Source of the DNA: Bigelowiella natans CCMP2755
Lineage: Eukaryota; Protista; Cercozoa
Assembly (NCBI GenBank): GCA_000320545.1
Contig: ADNK01000421.1
Span: forward strand, 68,044 to 132,043
Reading direction: 5' to 3'
Length of the DNA: 64,000 bases
The notes beneath the pieces are model-generated. The model made no database searches. It saw only the letters and a program-made list of their open reading frames with translations, and was not told the origin of the DNA. The translations under genes were made by a program, and so were the position numbers. Shown one piece after another: positions 13,297 through 26,323 of this stretch. Each line of letters opens with the position of its first letter. Positions within the stretch are counted from its first letter, which is position 1.

Positions 13297-14017
13297 TTCT
13301 TGGGCCTACTTCTAAAGGATATAATTCCAAGATCAAGTACGATAGATGTACACAACGCAGAGGGAGATCGATCATTTATCGAAGAAAGTATCTCACGACT
13401 CGGTTCTATTTATTACCGGACTAACGTACGAATCGCCTCAAAAATTTAAATGTCCAAGAATGAAGACATTCCCCGAAACACAGCTCGCCACGCATAAACG
13501 TAAAGACGTGAGACAGGGAAAGAAGAAGCTCTCAAGCGCCATTGATGTAGTCGCATGTGAGAGCTCTGTGCTCCCTGAAAAAAGATAAATGATCATCTAC
13601 CTACGACACAAAATATGACTTGTCGCAGCATAATATTCGGTCCAAACATCGTTTAAGAGAACAAGTTCTCAGCTTTAAAGCGGAATGGAGTTCGATAGAT
13701 AGGAGCGACAAGTAAAATATACTCTTTTATTGGGTAAAAACCGCTTGTGCCTAATACTCAAAAAGAGAAGAGCTGGGTTGATAACACCACCAACTAACTT
13801 GCCGCCCCCCTTTTTTTGGTGGTAGAAAATGGAGAGGAGAAAGAATTCCGTATCCATCGCTCTAAATAACGCATATTTCCCCCATATGACGATCAATCGT
13901 TCAGTGTGGCTTGCTTTGTCACGAATTTATCTAATTTTAAGAGGCTTACTTAGAAGGAGATAAATGTGCTTTTGACATTTAGGGAGCATCAAACCTGTGA
14001 CAACGGTCGCGAGCATC

Positions 14018-15013
14018 ATGCTAAGAAGGCCATATTCAGCCACTAGTTGGTTAGCCTCCGCACTCTTTTTCCTTGCAGGTCATCATGAAGAACAATGTAA
14101 ACATACACACATTTGAGTGGGGGGTAATTTCATTCAGTTTTAATCGTCGTTTTAAATGATTTCTCCACCTCTAATTGGATTTTCTGCAGCTTTATTCTTG
14201 CACACGACAATGTGGTCGCCATCACCCTCGCTGGCCCTTACTCCCTTATCTCGGGCAAGAATTTCCCGATCGATTCGAAGCGCTCCCTCAAATATCGTTC
14301 GGCGAAGTAACCGCGACAAGACTTTCACCACTAGGCCTTCCCTTCACGCGACCCGTAGAAAATGCTTGTGCAGCTGCGAAAAGGAGACTAAGAGCGACGA
14401 CGAAAAAGCCCTCATTGCAATGACCAACTTCGCGAATCGATACAATAAGGTGATGATGATTTGGCGGGCACCACAGCTCCTCGTTGTCACCTCGATCTTC
14501 ATTTACATGTGCAATTGCTCACACACAGGTAGCAGGAACTACTTATTGTTCCGACGTCTCCATTGCTGCGGTGGTAATAAAGGGTTTGGCAGAGCACAAA
14601 GTCACTCTAGGGGCACCGTTATGTCCCTGTCGCCACTATGACGATAAGCAGGTCTCTTTATATGCATCTTACTACAAATAGCAATCACTCGTACAAATAT
14701 AGATCTATTCCTTATGATACGATCTCAGCCGTGATGTAGATATGTACTCTTCGCTGTTCTGCTTTCACAGGCCGAGGCAGAGCAAGGCTATTGGAATTGC
14801 CCTTGCGTGCCAATGAGGGAAAGAAAAGAATGCCACTGCATGCTGTTTCTCACGGTATAATAAGCACGTACATTTGTCTTCTTTATGGTGATAATCACGA
14901 TTTCAAATCGATGTTAACATATCTTCTTACACGTATAGGAGGATAATGCTTTTGCAGGCGATGAGACATCAGTGACTCCAGAAGAAGTTGCCAAAATGAT
15001 CGAAGGAATTTAA
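14018..15013 (+). CDS. ftrB: Ferredoxin-thioredoxin reductase catalytic subunit with a bipartite plastid-targeting presequence
   Basis: GLAEHKVTLGAPLCPCRHY..GYWNCPCVPMRERKECHCMLFLT carries the CPC/CPC/CHC motifs. The N-terminal MLRRPYSATSWLASALFFLAALFL is followed by an S/R-rich transit peptide. Five exons. Confidence 0.95.
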
Positions 15014-15639
15014 ACTTCATTGACTCCTATGTTCCTCCTTCCACACGACAAAGCATCATTACTTTTTATCACCAAAATCTGCACCATTCGGTGCGCAAAA
15101 CCTGTGAAAAGAACTGTCCTTTAGTACGCATGCACACCCTTAACAACCAATACAAAAGCTGAACACTTTTCCTCTCTTGCGAGCGAATCCTTCATACCCA
15201 CCCACAAGACGTAACGTAGTTTCAATCAATTGCTGCTGTAAAGCTTGGATATTATGCAGAAGTTTTCTCGTTGGGTCGTTGTCTTCAGTGATACTTGATA
15301 TTCAAAGCGAAACCATACTTGCTAGCATTGCAGAGTATGTGGTGGTTGGTTATAGTTAGGTGTTCCGAACCAGAAATATATGTACACATATATGTATAGT
15401 TTCTTTGCCGAACAAAATCATGGTTGATGTGGCAAGATAATGCATACAAAATATATATTCTAGATATTTAAGAAAAAAAATTGTCAAAAATAACTTGAGC
15501 GGTGGCTGACCCATTCGACTTGATAGAGCTTGGCCTGAGCGATTGCATGATTGACGGCGGCGAAAGCTTTAGTTGCCGACCTCTAGTCACAGAATGTACC
15601 ATGATATGCTTGCAGCACTGAGCAATAATAGAAAGGCGA

Positions 15640-16317
15640 TTGATCACGTGCTAGCGTGGTGAAATGCTAAAATGCAACTCACGAAATAGAATCGCTGCAC
15701 GTACATGCATGTGTCGATCATTGGCCACTCTAGTGTGCTAGCACTGAACTCATTAGATGGATGTAAGATGGATGTAAGACGGATGTAATGAATCCATTGA
15801 ATTTCCTCAATAGTCATCCCTTTGTAGCTGTGCAATGCAGCGGCTACAGCGCTAATATTGAATCTGTTAGTCATAGCTATGATGCTATGATGTAATAAAG
15901 TGATTAAATCACTGAAGTGATGAGCGAATAATGTTAACATGTCAGCTAGTTCTAGAATAGCTAGACAGCGAGCTAGCGAGGCTGCATATAGATCGAGCAC
16001 TTGAGCAGAATTTCGCAATCGCTACCCAAAAGTTGCATTGTCATATGTAGACTTGCTAGAGTGTGTGCTGCTCTACTGCTGCTGGATTGTCTTGTTCGAA
16101 GCTGGCATTGCTAGATTGGGAAGTACATCTATATAGACATGTTTGATTGCTGCTTGGACTATGCATTTTGCAATGTACAAATTAGGCACTTGATGTTGGC
16201 CACGATCGATCGGCGTGATCTAGCTCATTGCTTGTTGCTTTCTTTACAAAATGAAACTTGTTATTCAAGCTACATACATCTATATGCTTCATCATTGCGC
16301 AGTTGTTATAGCTCTGC
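15640..16317. repeat. CTAG/TGCA-rich altered island in a convergent spacer
   Basis: Frequent CTAG/GCTAGC between the FTR stop and the next gene's stop; contains a LINE 3' end. Confidence 0.7.
15755..15872 (-). mobile_element. 3' end of a non-LTR retrotransposon with a TTACATCC(G/A)TC repeat tail
   Basis: Encodes TNRFNISAVAAALHSYKGMTIEEI, nearly identical to TNRYNLSAVAAALHSYIRMTIETI at 48770-48845. Ends CATTACATCCGTCTTACATCCATCTTACATCCATCT. Confidence 0.8.
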
Positions 16318-16976
16318 TAGTTTGTGTCTGCTGAGCCTCTCGACGATGCCCATGCTGCACCCCCCAATATCTTTGCCGAGGAGGGTGTACTTGGTTTCGA
16401 TGCAGCAGGTGATTGCTGGCCATTGGAAGAACTTGCCTTCATTTGTTTGACCTTCTCTTTCAATGTCTACATGACCATAAAACCCAGAAACAAGAATGTT
16501 ATAACAATTTCTTTAGTAACCACTACATGCGAAAATATTTATAATGTATTTCATCGAAAAAATGTAAGACGCCGATTATTTCGTCGTTTTATTCTCACAA
16601 CAACATCGGTGCCTCCTCTTCAGTATCTTTAGATTCGCATTTGATAGTTCTTTTCATTGGTAAAATGCAAAGTTGCTGAGTAAATACTTGTTGTACAAAC
16701 CTTATTTTCTTTTTCTAGTTTTTCTGTCCGCTCTAAAATGGCGTAAACTTGCGTCTACAAAGATGGTAAGACAGAACGAGAATTGAGTAAGAATTATAAA
16801 CTAAATAGAATGGAATAAGGCAGATAATATCGTGGAAGAAACATCAGAAAAAACTTCTAAACAGCGAAAAATACATTATGGGTGCTGACCTCTATCTTAG
16901 CGTCAACTTTGTCGCGCCGAGATATTTCTGCTTTCTGCAAACATGTAAATACGCAACAGAGACCCACATACGCACA

Positions 16977-17017
<41 letters not shown>

Positions 17018-17860
17018 ACACCAATTAGAAATCCGTGCTGCGATTGGCTGTGAAAGAACGATCATTGACAGAATAAATGAGGCAAAAGACTGGGTTTTAA
17101 TAGCTTCTTCTTGTCACTACTACACCTACCAAGTCCTTGATCTGCGACTTGAGGACCTTCTGATCAACATACCAACACGCTTCTGCGGCCTCCAGCTAGT
17201 AGACAAACAGAATCAAAAATTCACCGAACAAGTTGCGATACGATGAACATTTCAATTATGTTCCACATGACATCGGCTTGGTAAAAAGTCCCCATTCATC
17301 ATCATCCACATCCTCATTTCCATGCTTTCGCACGTGTAAGTAGTGTAAGGCATTCAAGGCGAAGCAAACACTAAAGCTTGGATCGTGAGTGTTTCTACCT
17401 CGTACAGACGTGTATCAAACGACGCCCTTTCAAGCTATTGTTGTTATCGCCATTGGTGAAGCAACAACACAGAACACAAAAGAAATGGAGGAGAATGGGG
17501 GGACAAATCAATCAAGAGCAACATACAAATATATAACAAATACATTAATTGGTAAAGAAATCTTTTGCACAGTATTGCATGGAGATATGTAACAGCGTAA
17601 AAACAAAATATTCTTCCACTGTAAATGTGAAAATATCCTCCTCCTCCTCCTCAGCATCATCGCGATCGCTTGTATAATGTTAGATGATATCAGACAAATC
17701 GCGACAACAAGTCTGATTACCTGGCGCAAGCACGTTTCATGGACGAGCTGTCTTTCCATTTGCTGCAAAACTCCTGACGCATCCTTCGGAATATCCGGTA
17801 TTCCTAGCAATTTTAAACGACGCCAAATGATCAGAAGCAGAGAGCGGTGGGGGGGGTGAG

Positions 17861-17901
<41 letters not shown>

Positions 17902-18046
17902 TGAACGTCTGAAACATCCTGCCTTTTCTCGGAGAGTAAGGTTAGAGGGGGGGGGGAAGAGCTATAGTCGTCGGTACCGCGCACAATCTGGAGCTTACGG
18001 GATATTTTATTCTGATAGTCCCTGAACGGATTGTCATAGGACATCG

Positions 18047-18084
<38 letters not shown>

Positions 18085-18384
18085 ACAATTGTAACAATTA
18101 CAACAACAGCAGCAGCAGCAGCAACAACAACAACGACAAATGAGGAATTGTCTGTGGGAAAATAAAGAGGATTGTCAAGGTGCGGGCGATATTGAAAACT
18201 GAGATTATTATTAACCATAATACACATTACAACCTTTGTAACTTCTCAAACTGTGCGTACAAGGCGTCGTCTCTGTATCCGCCGATTTCTAAAGACCCAC
18301 CCCCGCCACTTGGGCTTGGATCTGTATCAATCAGGACGAGTCGTGAGGTGGATAACTAGTTTTTAAATAAATAGTATATTTTCA

Positions 18385-18434
<50 letters not shown>

Positions 18435-18679
18435 CTGTGCGCGCGCGCGTGTTTGTAACACAGCAATACTAGCCACCTCTCTTCTTCTTCCTCCCCGAGC
18501 TGGAGATTCTTATGGTGTTGATATCTGGAGGAAGCTTGAGACTCATGGCTGCTGCGCTGCTTGACAAAGAAGATCGCGACGTTGGAGATGCAGATAGGGG
18601 TGGGGTTCTGCCAGGCTGAGGATTTTAAGGGAAAAGGAGTATGGAGGGATAGATAAGAGCATAATTACACATAATGCAG

Positions 18680-18713
<34 letters not shown>

Positions 18714-19217
18714 GACTACTACTACTACTATTGCTACTACTACTAATAATAACAACAATAATAATACCGTTGAGGGCCCCGCCTTTGAGCCAGGGCGATT
18801 ACCCAAGAAAACTCCTGTTCTCAGTCGCATTCGAAGGCCTACGCACAAACATCGTTCATAGGTGTACTCACGCACTACTCACTCATTATGCAGCTATGAT
18901 AGTTCACGTGGCGCGTCATCGCACCATCTGGATCATCAACAAGATATCAATGTACTGGTGGTGTTTGATTCTGGCTCTTGGTGTCATAATGTGTTATTAT
19001 TGAGTGATGGATGAACAAGGCGACCGGCAATTTCCTTCTTCTGCTCTGCAACCTCCGCTTGAAGCTTAGCGATGAACCTGTCTCTCTAATGTTTTGAAGT
19101 CGTAGACGTTGTAGCAATGATAGAGGAGGAAGCAGGAAGAAGAGTAGGTTTAATTCAGCACATTATTTGGTCTAAGGGTGTTGCAAAGCGACAAAAAACT
19201 GCACTTTCTTGTACTAT

Positions 19218-19256
<39 letters not shown>

Positions 19257-20469
19257 CGCTGCTGCTACTACTATTACCACTACTACACCACCAACTCCCA
19301 CTTTTCATAAAACAGACAATTTCATTCAACTTGTACGGCACGATAGTGATGTTATGCGTATGGTTTGGGGGAAAATGACCTTCTTTACAATGTAGATTAG
19401 ATGATCCTTTGAATAAGTTGAGTCGATCTTTACGTCTGGCCCCCCTCCATCCCTTGCCTTGCCCCCAGACTTCAGAACAGTAATCTCCTCCAGCAAGTTG
19501 GTGTTCTTTTTGTATAGCTTCTTGATTAGCTTTCGCATGCCCTTTATTTGCTTGTGGTCCTCCTCGCTCCTTGGAGGGATCGCCGATGATGTGTGTGGCC
19601 TCGAGTTGTTCCTTGATGCGAGTACACTCAGTGATCCTCCCGAACCCCGTAGTCTTGAGGCTGCTGCTGAGTCGGAATCGTTTGACGAAACTAGTAGTAT
19701 CATGGAGGGTAAGTTGTCTTAGCTCCAAAGAATGAGAGTGCCAAATAATAATAATTGGCTCATCATCATGCACCACCATAATGGACGCAGAAATCAAACA
19801 CACGAGAATCAATGAGAGTCACGAGAGAGCAGAAAGGAGGTTTTTTTGTAAGACAAGCAAATTGTAAGAGTGCGTGGAGTGGCAGCACGGCTAGGTCACA
19901 GGTTGATAGACTGATTTGAGGCTATCACTCACAACGGTGACGAGCTTTCGCTTTAGGAATGGAAAAAAGGGAACAAAAAACGCTCAAAGAATACCTGGTC
20001 GGGACCACTTGGGGGAGGTGAGTATGGGAGGAGGAGAACCGAAGGAAAAGTCATCAATAGCCGTAGCTCCTAACGTGTCTTCCGATCCTGGGCGTGATGA
20101 TACACGTGAACTACGAATATTCCTCAATTCCTTTATAGCCTCTAATACACTTCCATGAAGCCCTGCTGCAGATGGCTGATTCCCGCTACTACTTCCAGTC
20201 CTCTCAGGTGACGCGTAGTCTCTGTTCTCACCACTACTACCAGCAGCCTGCTCGATTGAGCTGCTGCTGTTAAACTCCGATTTCGCAGAACTTCTAGCAT
20301 CCCCATCGGTGCTACTTTCCTTCCCATCACCCCCATCAAGAGTCCTCAATCCTCCTCCGCCGCCTCTTAGTTTTGAGCGCTTTGCTCTTTCTCCCGAGGG
20401 TTGGCGAGGAAGCGGCGGAGCCTTGGCCTCAGGGAGGGAACCAGTGGCGAATCGGTGTCTTGGTTTCAT
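16318..20469 (-). CDS. Multi-exon hypothetical coiled-coil protein
   Basis: ORFs 19984..20469 and 19326..19703 ([19 protein letters not shown]), exons [16 protein letters not shown] and [12 protein letters not shown], and a last exon ending GSADTN*. No family recognised. Confidence 0.55.
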
Positions 20470-20902
20470 GCTCTACCCCTCCTACTCTTTCCAGTAAATT
20501 AGCTTACGAGGGTGTTTCCCGAAATCTAAGCGGCCTCACGCACCATCATCCGGCACCTGAGTGAAGATCAAGGAGATCACGAATGGGGGGCGCGTCGGGC
20601 GCCACGATCTGGATTACGAGCGTTGGCAAAATAGAGTGAGAGAGATTATCCTCTACGATATATTTGGCCTAAATTTTGATCCAAATAGGAAATGTTCGTT
20701 TGCGGAATCGCCAGTCGAGTTTGTGTTGGCGAAATATGGTCCTTTTACCACCAACTTCTACGAGAAAATGCCTGAAATTCAGGAAAAACCGACGAACGAC
20801 GGTGGTAGTAAGTAGTCGACAACAACCGGCAACACTACTTCCAGCCAGTTACATGTATTCCCGAAACATTTTATTTATTAAGAGCGACAAGATTAAATTA
20901 CA

Positions 20903-20910
20903 TGTCGCAG
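20903..20910 (+). promoter_or_regulatory. TGTCGCAG candidate promoter motif (representative copy)
   Basis: Also found upstream of genes at 4407, 13621, 30877, 40185(rc), 52214, 52551, 57166(rc), 61791 and 61880. Confidence 0.6.
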
Positions 20911-20943
20911 TATAATAACCCCATGTACCTACAGCGAGACACC

Positions 20944-21836
20944 ATGCACCCCTCCTCCACGTGCCACCATCCCCTCCCCCTCCTCATCCTACTTCTCGTA
21001 CCCCTCTCCCTCGCCCGCGTGCCACACAATCATGTGACCAGGGCAAACGGAAGGGTATCACATCGTCCGCTTTCTGCGCCCATTGGAATGAAGCAACCGA
21101 GATTCAATCGAGGATCTCAACAGCGCTTTGAAAGACTGAGCGTCGCTGCTGCTGCTGGTTCTTCTAGGAGGGGGGAAATTCGAAATCTTCTGGGCCTATT
21201 ACTAACTGTGGGCACGAGCGCTGCACCTGGCGGGCGTAGCGTAGCGGGTGAGGGTCCATTAGACCAGGAACCAGTCGTCTCCAAGTTCACCAAGCTTCCG
21301 AGCGGCACACAGATCGCTGACCTGTCCCTTGGTTAAGAGATTAATATCACTTCCTTGAAACCACATCCAGAGGTAGATATTTAATTTTTCTGATTCCCAT
21401 ATAACTATCAGGGAAAGGCAGTGAGATACAGGAGGGAAGTCGTGTTTTGATCGACTACGTCTTCCGCCGTGCAGACGGATACTTCGTAGCATCAACTGAG
21501 AATGGCGAACCCTTCGGTTTCACCGTCGGATCTACAGAAGCAATACCTGGGTTAGACGAAGGTAAGTCGCACACAGTTTCTATTTTATGGGAATCAACCC
21601 GTGTTGTGCTGATAGACTAAAAAACTGTAATTAATGCTAGTGACTGAGACTGATGAATAGTAAACTACAAACATACCGATCATAACAATTCTCTGTACAC
21701 AGGTATTCGCGGAATGAAGCAAGGAGGAACTCGGAGAATTGTTATTCCAATTAAAAATAGGTTGCCTGCTGCTTATGCAAGAACATGCCATTTTGAAGAA
21801 AACACCTACGTCGTCTACGTAGTTAACATCGTCTGA
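20944..21836 (+). CDS. FKBP-type peptidyl-prolyl isomerase, plastid/thylakoid-targeted (FKBP17-1-like)
   Basis: LPSGTQIADLSLGKG..VLIDYVFRRADGYFVAST..AIPGLDEGIRGMKQGGTRRIVIP. Signal peptide, transit peptide and a Tat-like SRR motif followed by a hydrophobic stretch. Confidence 0.9.
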
Positions 21837-22199
21837 ATTCTAAAAACTGTACGTCAGTTTTGTATGCGGACTAGGGAAAACATGCCCAGGACCCATTCCA
21901 ACAGGTGCCTTACTGACGAAACATATTCAAATAGTCTCATCGATGTATAACACAAATCAGTACTGTGAACTTGAACTAACTTTAGTTTCGAATTGATTAG
22001 ATTTCGGCCAAAGACGGCAAATCGAGCGCCAAATGCAACGAAATGACCCGTACGTACAAACCCCCCTCCCCTTAGATATTTTCGAAAATCAAATTGTTAG
22101 GAATAAGATTGGCACAAGTCTTTGTCAACAAGTACACACATAAATTTAGGTACAACTATTTCTTCTTCGAAGTCAGCGCAGTTAGTGTAAAGTGACATT

Positions 22200-22620
22200 C
22201 AAGCTTTTGAGCGTTAGCAGCATGGCGCTACAATAATGTACATACTCGATCTGTGCAGAAATATTGATTTTCAGCAGAGCAGAAGCTTGTGTATAGAAGT
22301 ATATAATACGTATGCCACGTTGACTAGTGCGTGCTTGTGCTAATTTAGCATAGCCACAAATATCATAAACATTTAATTACTTTGCACTAAGGCATGTTAC
22401 ACAGAGCGCGCGCGCATATAGACCTGCCCATAGGATATGACGCAATCATATGTACACCATAGTCTCTGTACTCTGTACATGCATGCCAGCTAGCGAGGAT
22501 CGACACTTACATACACCCATCGCGTTCGATCAACCATGATGCGGCCTTGCTAGCTTGCATGTTCACAATGACAGCGCATGATTCAGCTACCGCTATATGC
22601 TAGCGCGTCGTCAGGGCAAT
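22200..22620. repeat. Weaker CTAG/GCATGC-rich island in a convergent spacer
   Basis: GCATGC, GCTAGC and purine-pyrimidine alternation between the FKBP and saposin stops. Confidence 0.55.
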
Positions 22621-22853
22621 CAGGCTACGGCACCGCCGTATATACGTAATAATATTTCCTGGCTATATGATGAGGCTCACAATGTTGCGACTTTGCGCGA
22701 TTATCTGCAAGTGATTTTAAAACTGCTGTCGGATCGGAGCAGTGTCTACATTGCCCATACGCATAGCATTTGCATTCCTGTAATGATATTTTGGTACATA
22801 TGCCAACAAAAATGGTTTGTTTCTATCTAAGACATCCACGCTCATCCGTCTTA
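22620..22853 (+). mobile_element. Degenerate non-LTR retrotransposon 3' fragment
   Basis: ISWLYDEAHNVATLRDYL, then a frameshifted CLHCPYA*HLHSC (CCHC remnant), ending in CATCCGTCTTA like the other copies. Confidence 0.45.
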
Positions 22854-22859
22854 ATCTGA

Positions 22860-23455
22860 TCAACCCATCAGATTTCCCATCGCTGTTAGGCCTGCTGCAC
22901 CAGCATCTGCTTGGCAAAACCCGACATTCCAGCACATGTTATCGACGGTTTCTCCCTCCAGATAATCCTTGATCATACCGTACAAACTCCCCCTCATTGT
23001 TTCAGCCTGCAGTGCAAACAGACAAATCGTTTTACAAAAATTATCGTTGTCTAACCAAGATATAGCAACGTTGGTGATGATGAGTTTTGTGCCCTGCGGT
23101 TCATCTTGAGGCGTCCTTTGAACAGATATCTTTGTTTTTAACTCTCGACCGATTTTTCGTTTCGAAACATTTCTTCACAGTGTTGTAGCATCATCATCAT
23201 AAGGACATATTCTAACAACCAACCGTTGAGTATAAGATGGAGGTCTGCTCTGCTTCATTCATTACGTCGCGGAAAGCGTAATAGACATCCTATGGAAGTC
23301 ATTTTGGTTTATGCAATACATCGTGAAGTAACGATATCGATCAAGACACAAGAGAGCAACATTGATAATATCGATAGACTTCTCCACGCGAAACGTTCAA
23401 TGCGAGTCAATGGCCAGTGTGTTGTATAGCCCAGAATGATGAATTATGTTTTATA

Positions 23456-23503
<48 letters not shown>

Positions 23504-23716
23504 TGTATTTGTATGTATGAAGTTGTTGCAATAATACGTATCATCAAAAGGGTGAGACTGAATAACACACAACCTCTTCCATCTGTGTATTTCCTATCTT
23601 CGCTTCGATTTGATGCCAGAGCAGTTGACACCCGCAACAGTCTTTGTGATGGAGATATATAGACAACAAATAACGGCGGAGAAGACGACAAGGATAAGAC
23701 GCATAAATCAGTCTGA

Positions 23717-23769
<53 letters not shown>

Positions 23770-25203
23770 TCAATGTTCCTTAACTGGGCGCCATTTAGTC
23801 TCATTGAGGAGGCTCTATGATGCTGTAGGAAAAACACGAACACATCGCGCAGCACAAAAACACACATCTTTGTTATAATTTTAATGAATAGCAGTAACTA
23901 TTAGATAGCATAATCTTTTCACACTCAGCTCTATACATGCATAAGTAAAAATAGAAGTGGTAGTAGTATTTGTAGTAAAATGCAACACCGGAAATTGAGA
24001 AGAAATATCACTGTGAGTCTTTCCGTGATGGGTATGATGGCGGCCATGATGATGACGGTGATGGCGGTGATGGCGGTGATGGCGATGATGGAGACTGCTT
24101 TCGCTCGAAAGAGACCCTTCATCAGCAGTCACAGCGGAGGAAGAAGAAGAAGTTGAAGCTGAAGAACCAGAGGAAGAGGAAGAACCGCCATGCTGTTGAT
24201 GATGGTGATGGTGACGACTCTTGCTGCGGTGACTACGTTTGTTGCTGCTGCGAGAACGATTGTGCTTTATTGAGGATGATGTGCCTATCCTTCTCCTTGT
24301 CTTCGATGTCCTTGCTGCCATATTCTGCCCTACTACGTTCATCGAAGCATCTTCTTTCATTCCGCTAGATGAGTAAGCAGCGACCTCCAGCAGACTGAAG
24401 TTTTTATTGAATAATATATTTACCGTATCACTGGGAAAATTTGATGAATGATGTATTTACTATATAATTAAAAGAGTGTGATAATTCCAAAAATTCTTAC
24501 GTTGAATGCACATCATCGAGCGCCCCTCTTTCACGAATCCCTCCCCCTCTTTCATCAGAATCAACGGAAAAGCTACTGGCAGTGTTGGCATCGTTATTAG
24601 CGACAGCCATGTTGTTGTCTTGATGCGGTAGTTTGATGACATTGCCTGGATCTTTCTCCGCTATTATTATTTCAAGTGAACAAACAACACATCACCTTTT
24701 GTTGTGCATACTAACAATAGAATTGGATATTTTCACCGTTCTTGAACGATATTAGGGGAGGAAGATATTGTCTACTTTCAATTTTCGTAAGATTTAATAT
24801 TCACTCTGTGTCCTCAACGACATGTCCCCCCCCTTATTGCTTTCAATCCCGTCGTCGATTCCCTCACCGTTTAAGGGTTCTCCTTCCTTTCGTCCCCCAG
24901 GGAAGGTATCATCGACTTGAATGAAAATGGAAGGAGGTAGCTCTGGCAATGATCTATAAATAGTTATTATTTATTTTTTAAACTTGTTCTTGATGTAGGC
25001 AGGCATTACTAGTTGATGTTCTGTATAAATAACAAAAAAAAGGAGGAAGCTAGCATGTAATTCCTCTCCATTGCGTTTTTTTAAAAGAGATGTTCAGACC
25101 CAAAGAAGTCCTTTTCCGAGATTATGCTTTCAATCTTCTGAATGCTTAACTGGTATACAATATTTCAAATTAACTTATATTAACATTATACAAAATACAT
25201 ATT

Positions 25204-25237
<34 letters not shown>

Positions 25238-25900
25238 CCTGAAGTCTGAACCTTATACTCTGAACGACAGTCTCCCCCTACTCACTCTGCTATCTACATG
25301 CTGACATGTCAGCCTACCTTCTCTTTGCCAAGAGATGTCAATTCTGATGTATTCGATTTCTTTTCATTACTATGCTCTGCTACAACAAAAGGAAGAATAG
25401 AATCCATTTTTTTGTATCAAATTACCGAGGTGAGACCAATTAAACAAGTTATCATGTTTCTTTCTAAGCCACACCTTTTTGACTCTTGGTAAAGTAGCGT
25501 GCGACAGATTTGAATTTTGGGCTCAGCCAGTTCAATCGATCCGCGGCAATCTTATGTATAGTGTATATAATAACACTTTGCTCACATATGCATGTGTTTT
25601 TTCCCTCCAGATACGTGTTAAGGCATTTACCGAAGAACAAGATTTTTAGAAGGAAACACATTCAGAGAAGTGAAAAACAATTGTTACTTTCGATTCCAAG
25701 GATGAGAGATCCTGCAGAGCGGAATGTATTGCATTTTCTTTCCCTACTCCTCCCGTTGAATGGCTTGGACGCAAATCCGCTACGGTAGCGTTTGAGCCCT
25801 GTACCTGCGAAGTCACCAAGGTGGCCTCTCCACCACTCGCAAGTGAAATCCATATCACCGTAAAAAGAAATCGAAAGTTCATGTTCCACCCCCCCATCAT
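22860..25900 (-). CDS. Secreted protein with a His/Ser-rich region and a C-terminal saposin-B-like domain
   Basis: Signal peptide MNFRFLFTVIWISLASG. Spliced C-terminus CCGCQLLWHQIEAKIGNTQMEEDVYYAFRDVMNEAEQTSILYSTAETMRGSLYGMIKDYLEGETVDNMCWNVGFC. Internal exons are only partly resolved. Confidence 0.65.
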
Positions 25901-26323
25901 CCAGCTCCTCTCTTCCTGCTCACAAGCCAGGCTCGCAAAGAAGGGCAGCCATGCAGCGTTTGAGGTTTGAAAAATTCAAATTATTGTCGAATATACAGAC
26001 GATTTTTGTCTTACGACATGATTCACTGACGTATTCTATTGTCGAAGGCCAATCTCATTGGGCTTTTGAGGAGTTGGGAAGTGTTTGGCCGAGAAGGAAT
26101 TCAATTACCTGTATTAAAGAATGCCATTTTTACTACGCGACATGGATTCGTGCTTAAAAACAAGATAAATCGTAGCAAATAAAGGTCAAACAGTACATTT
26201 CGTTGATAGAATCTTTATCCTCCTCCTGTGTTCAGAAGCGAACGAACTACTCGGCGCTAAGAAAGGGGGGAAGGAAGGGGGTTGCCGATTACAAGCAAGC
26301 CTTGAAATTGGAAGCCGAAAACC

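Noticed and set aside
16245-16275. Short similarity to about 54755-54775 (AAAAYGAA..GTTATTCAA) at island edges
   Set aside because: Too short and AT-rich to support a shared element end.
22090-22115. GAATAAGAT(T)GGCA similarity to the minus strand near 37490
   Set aside because: The second copy is SH3-coding sequence; chance match.
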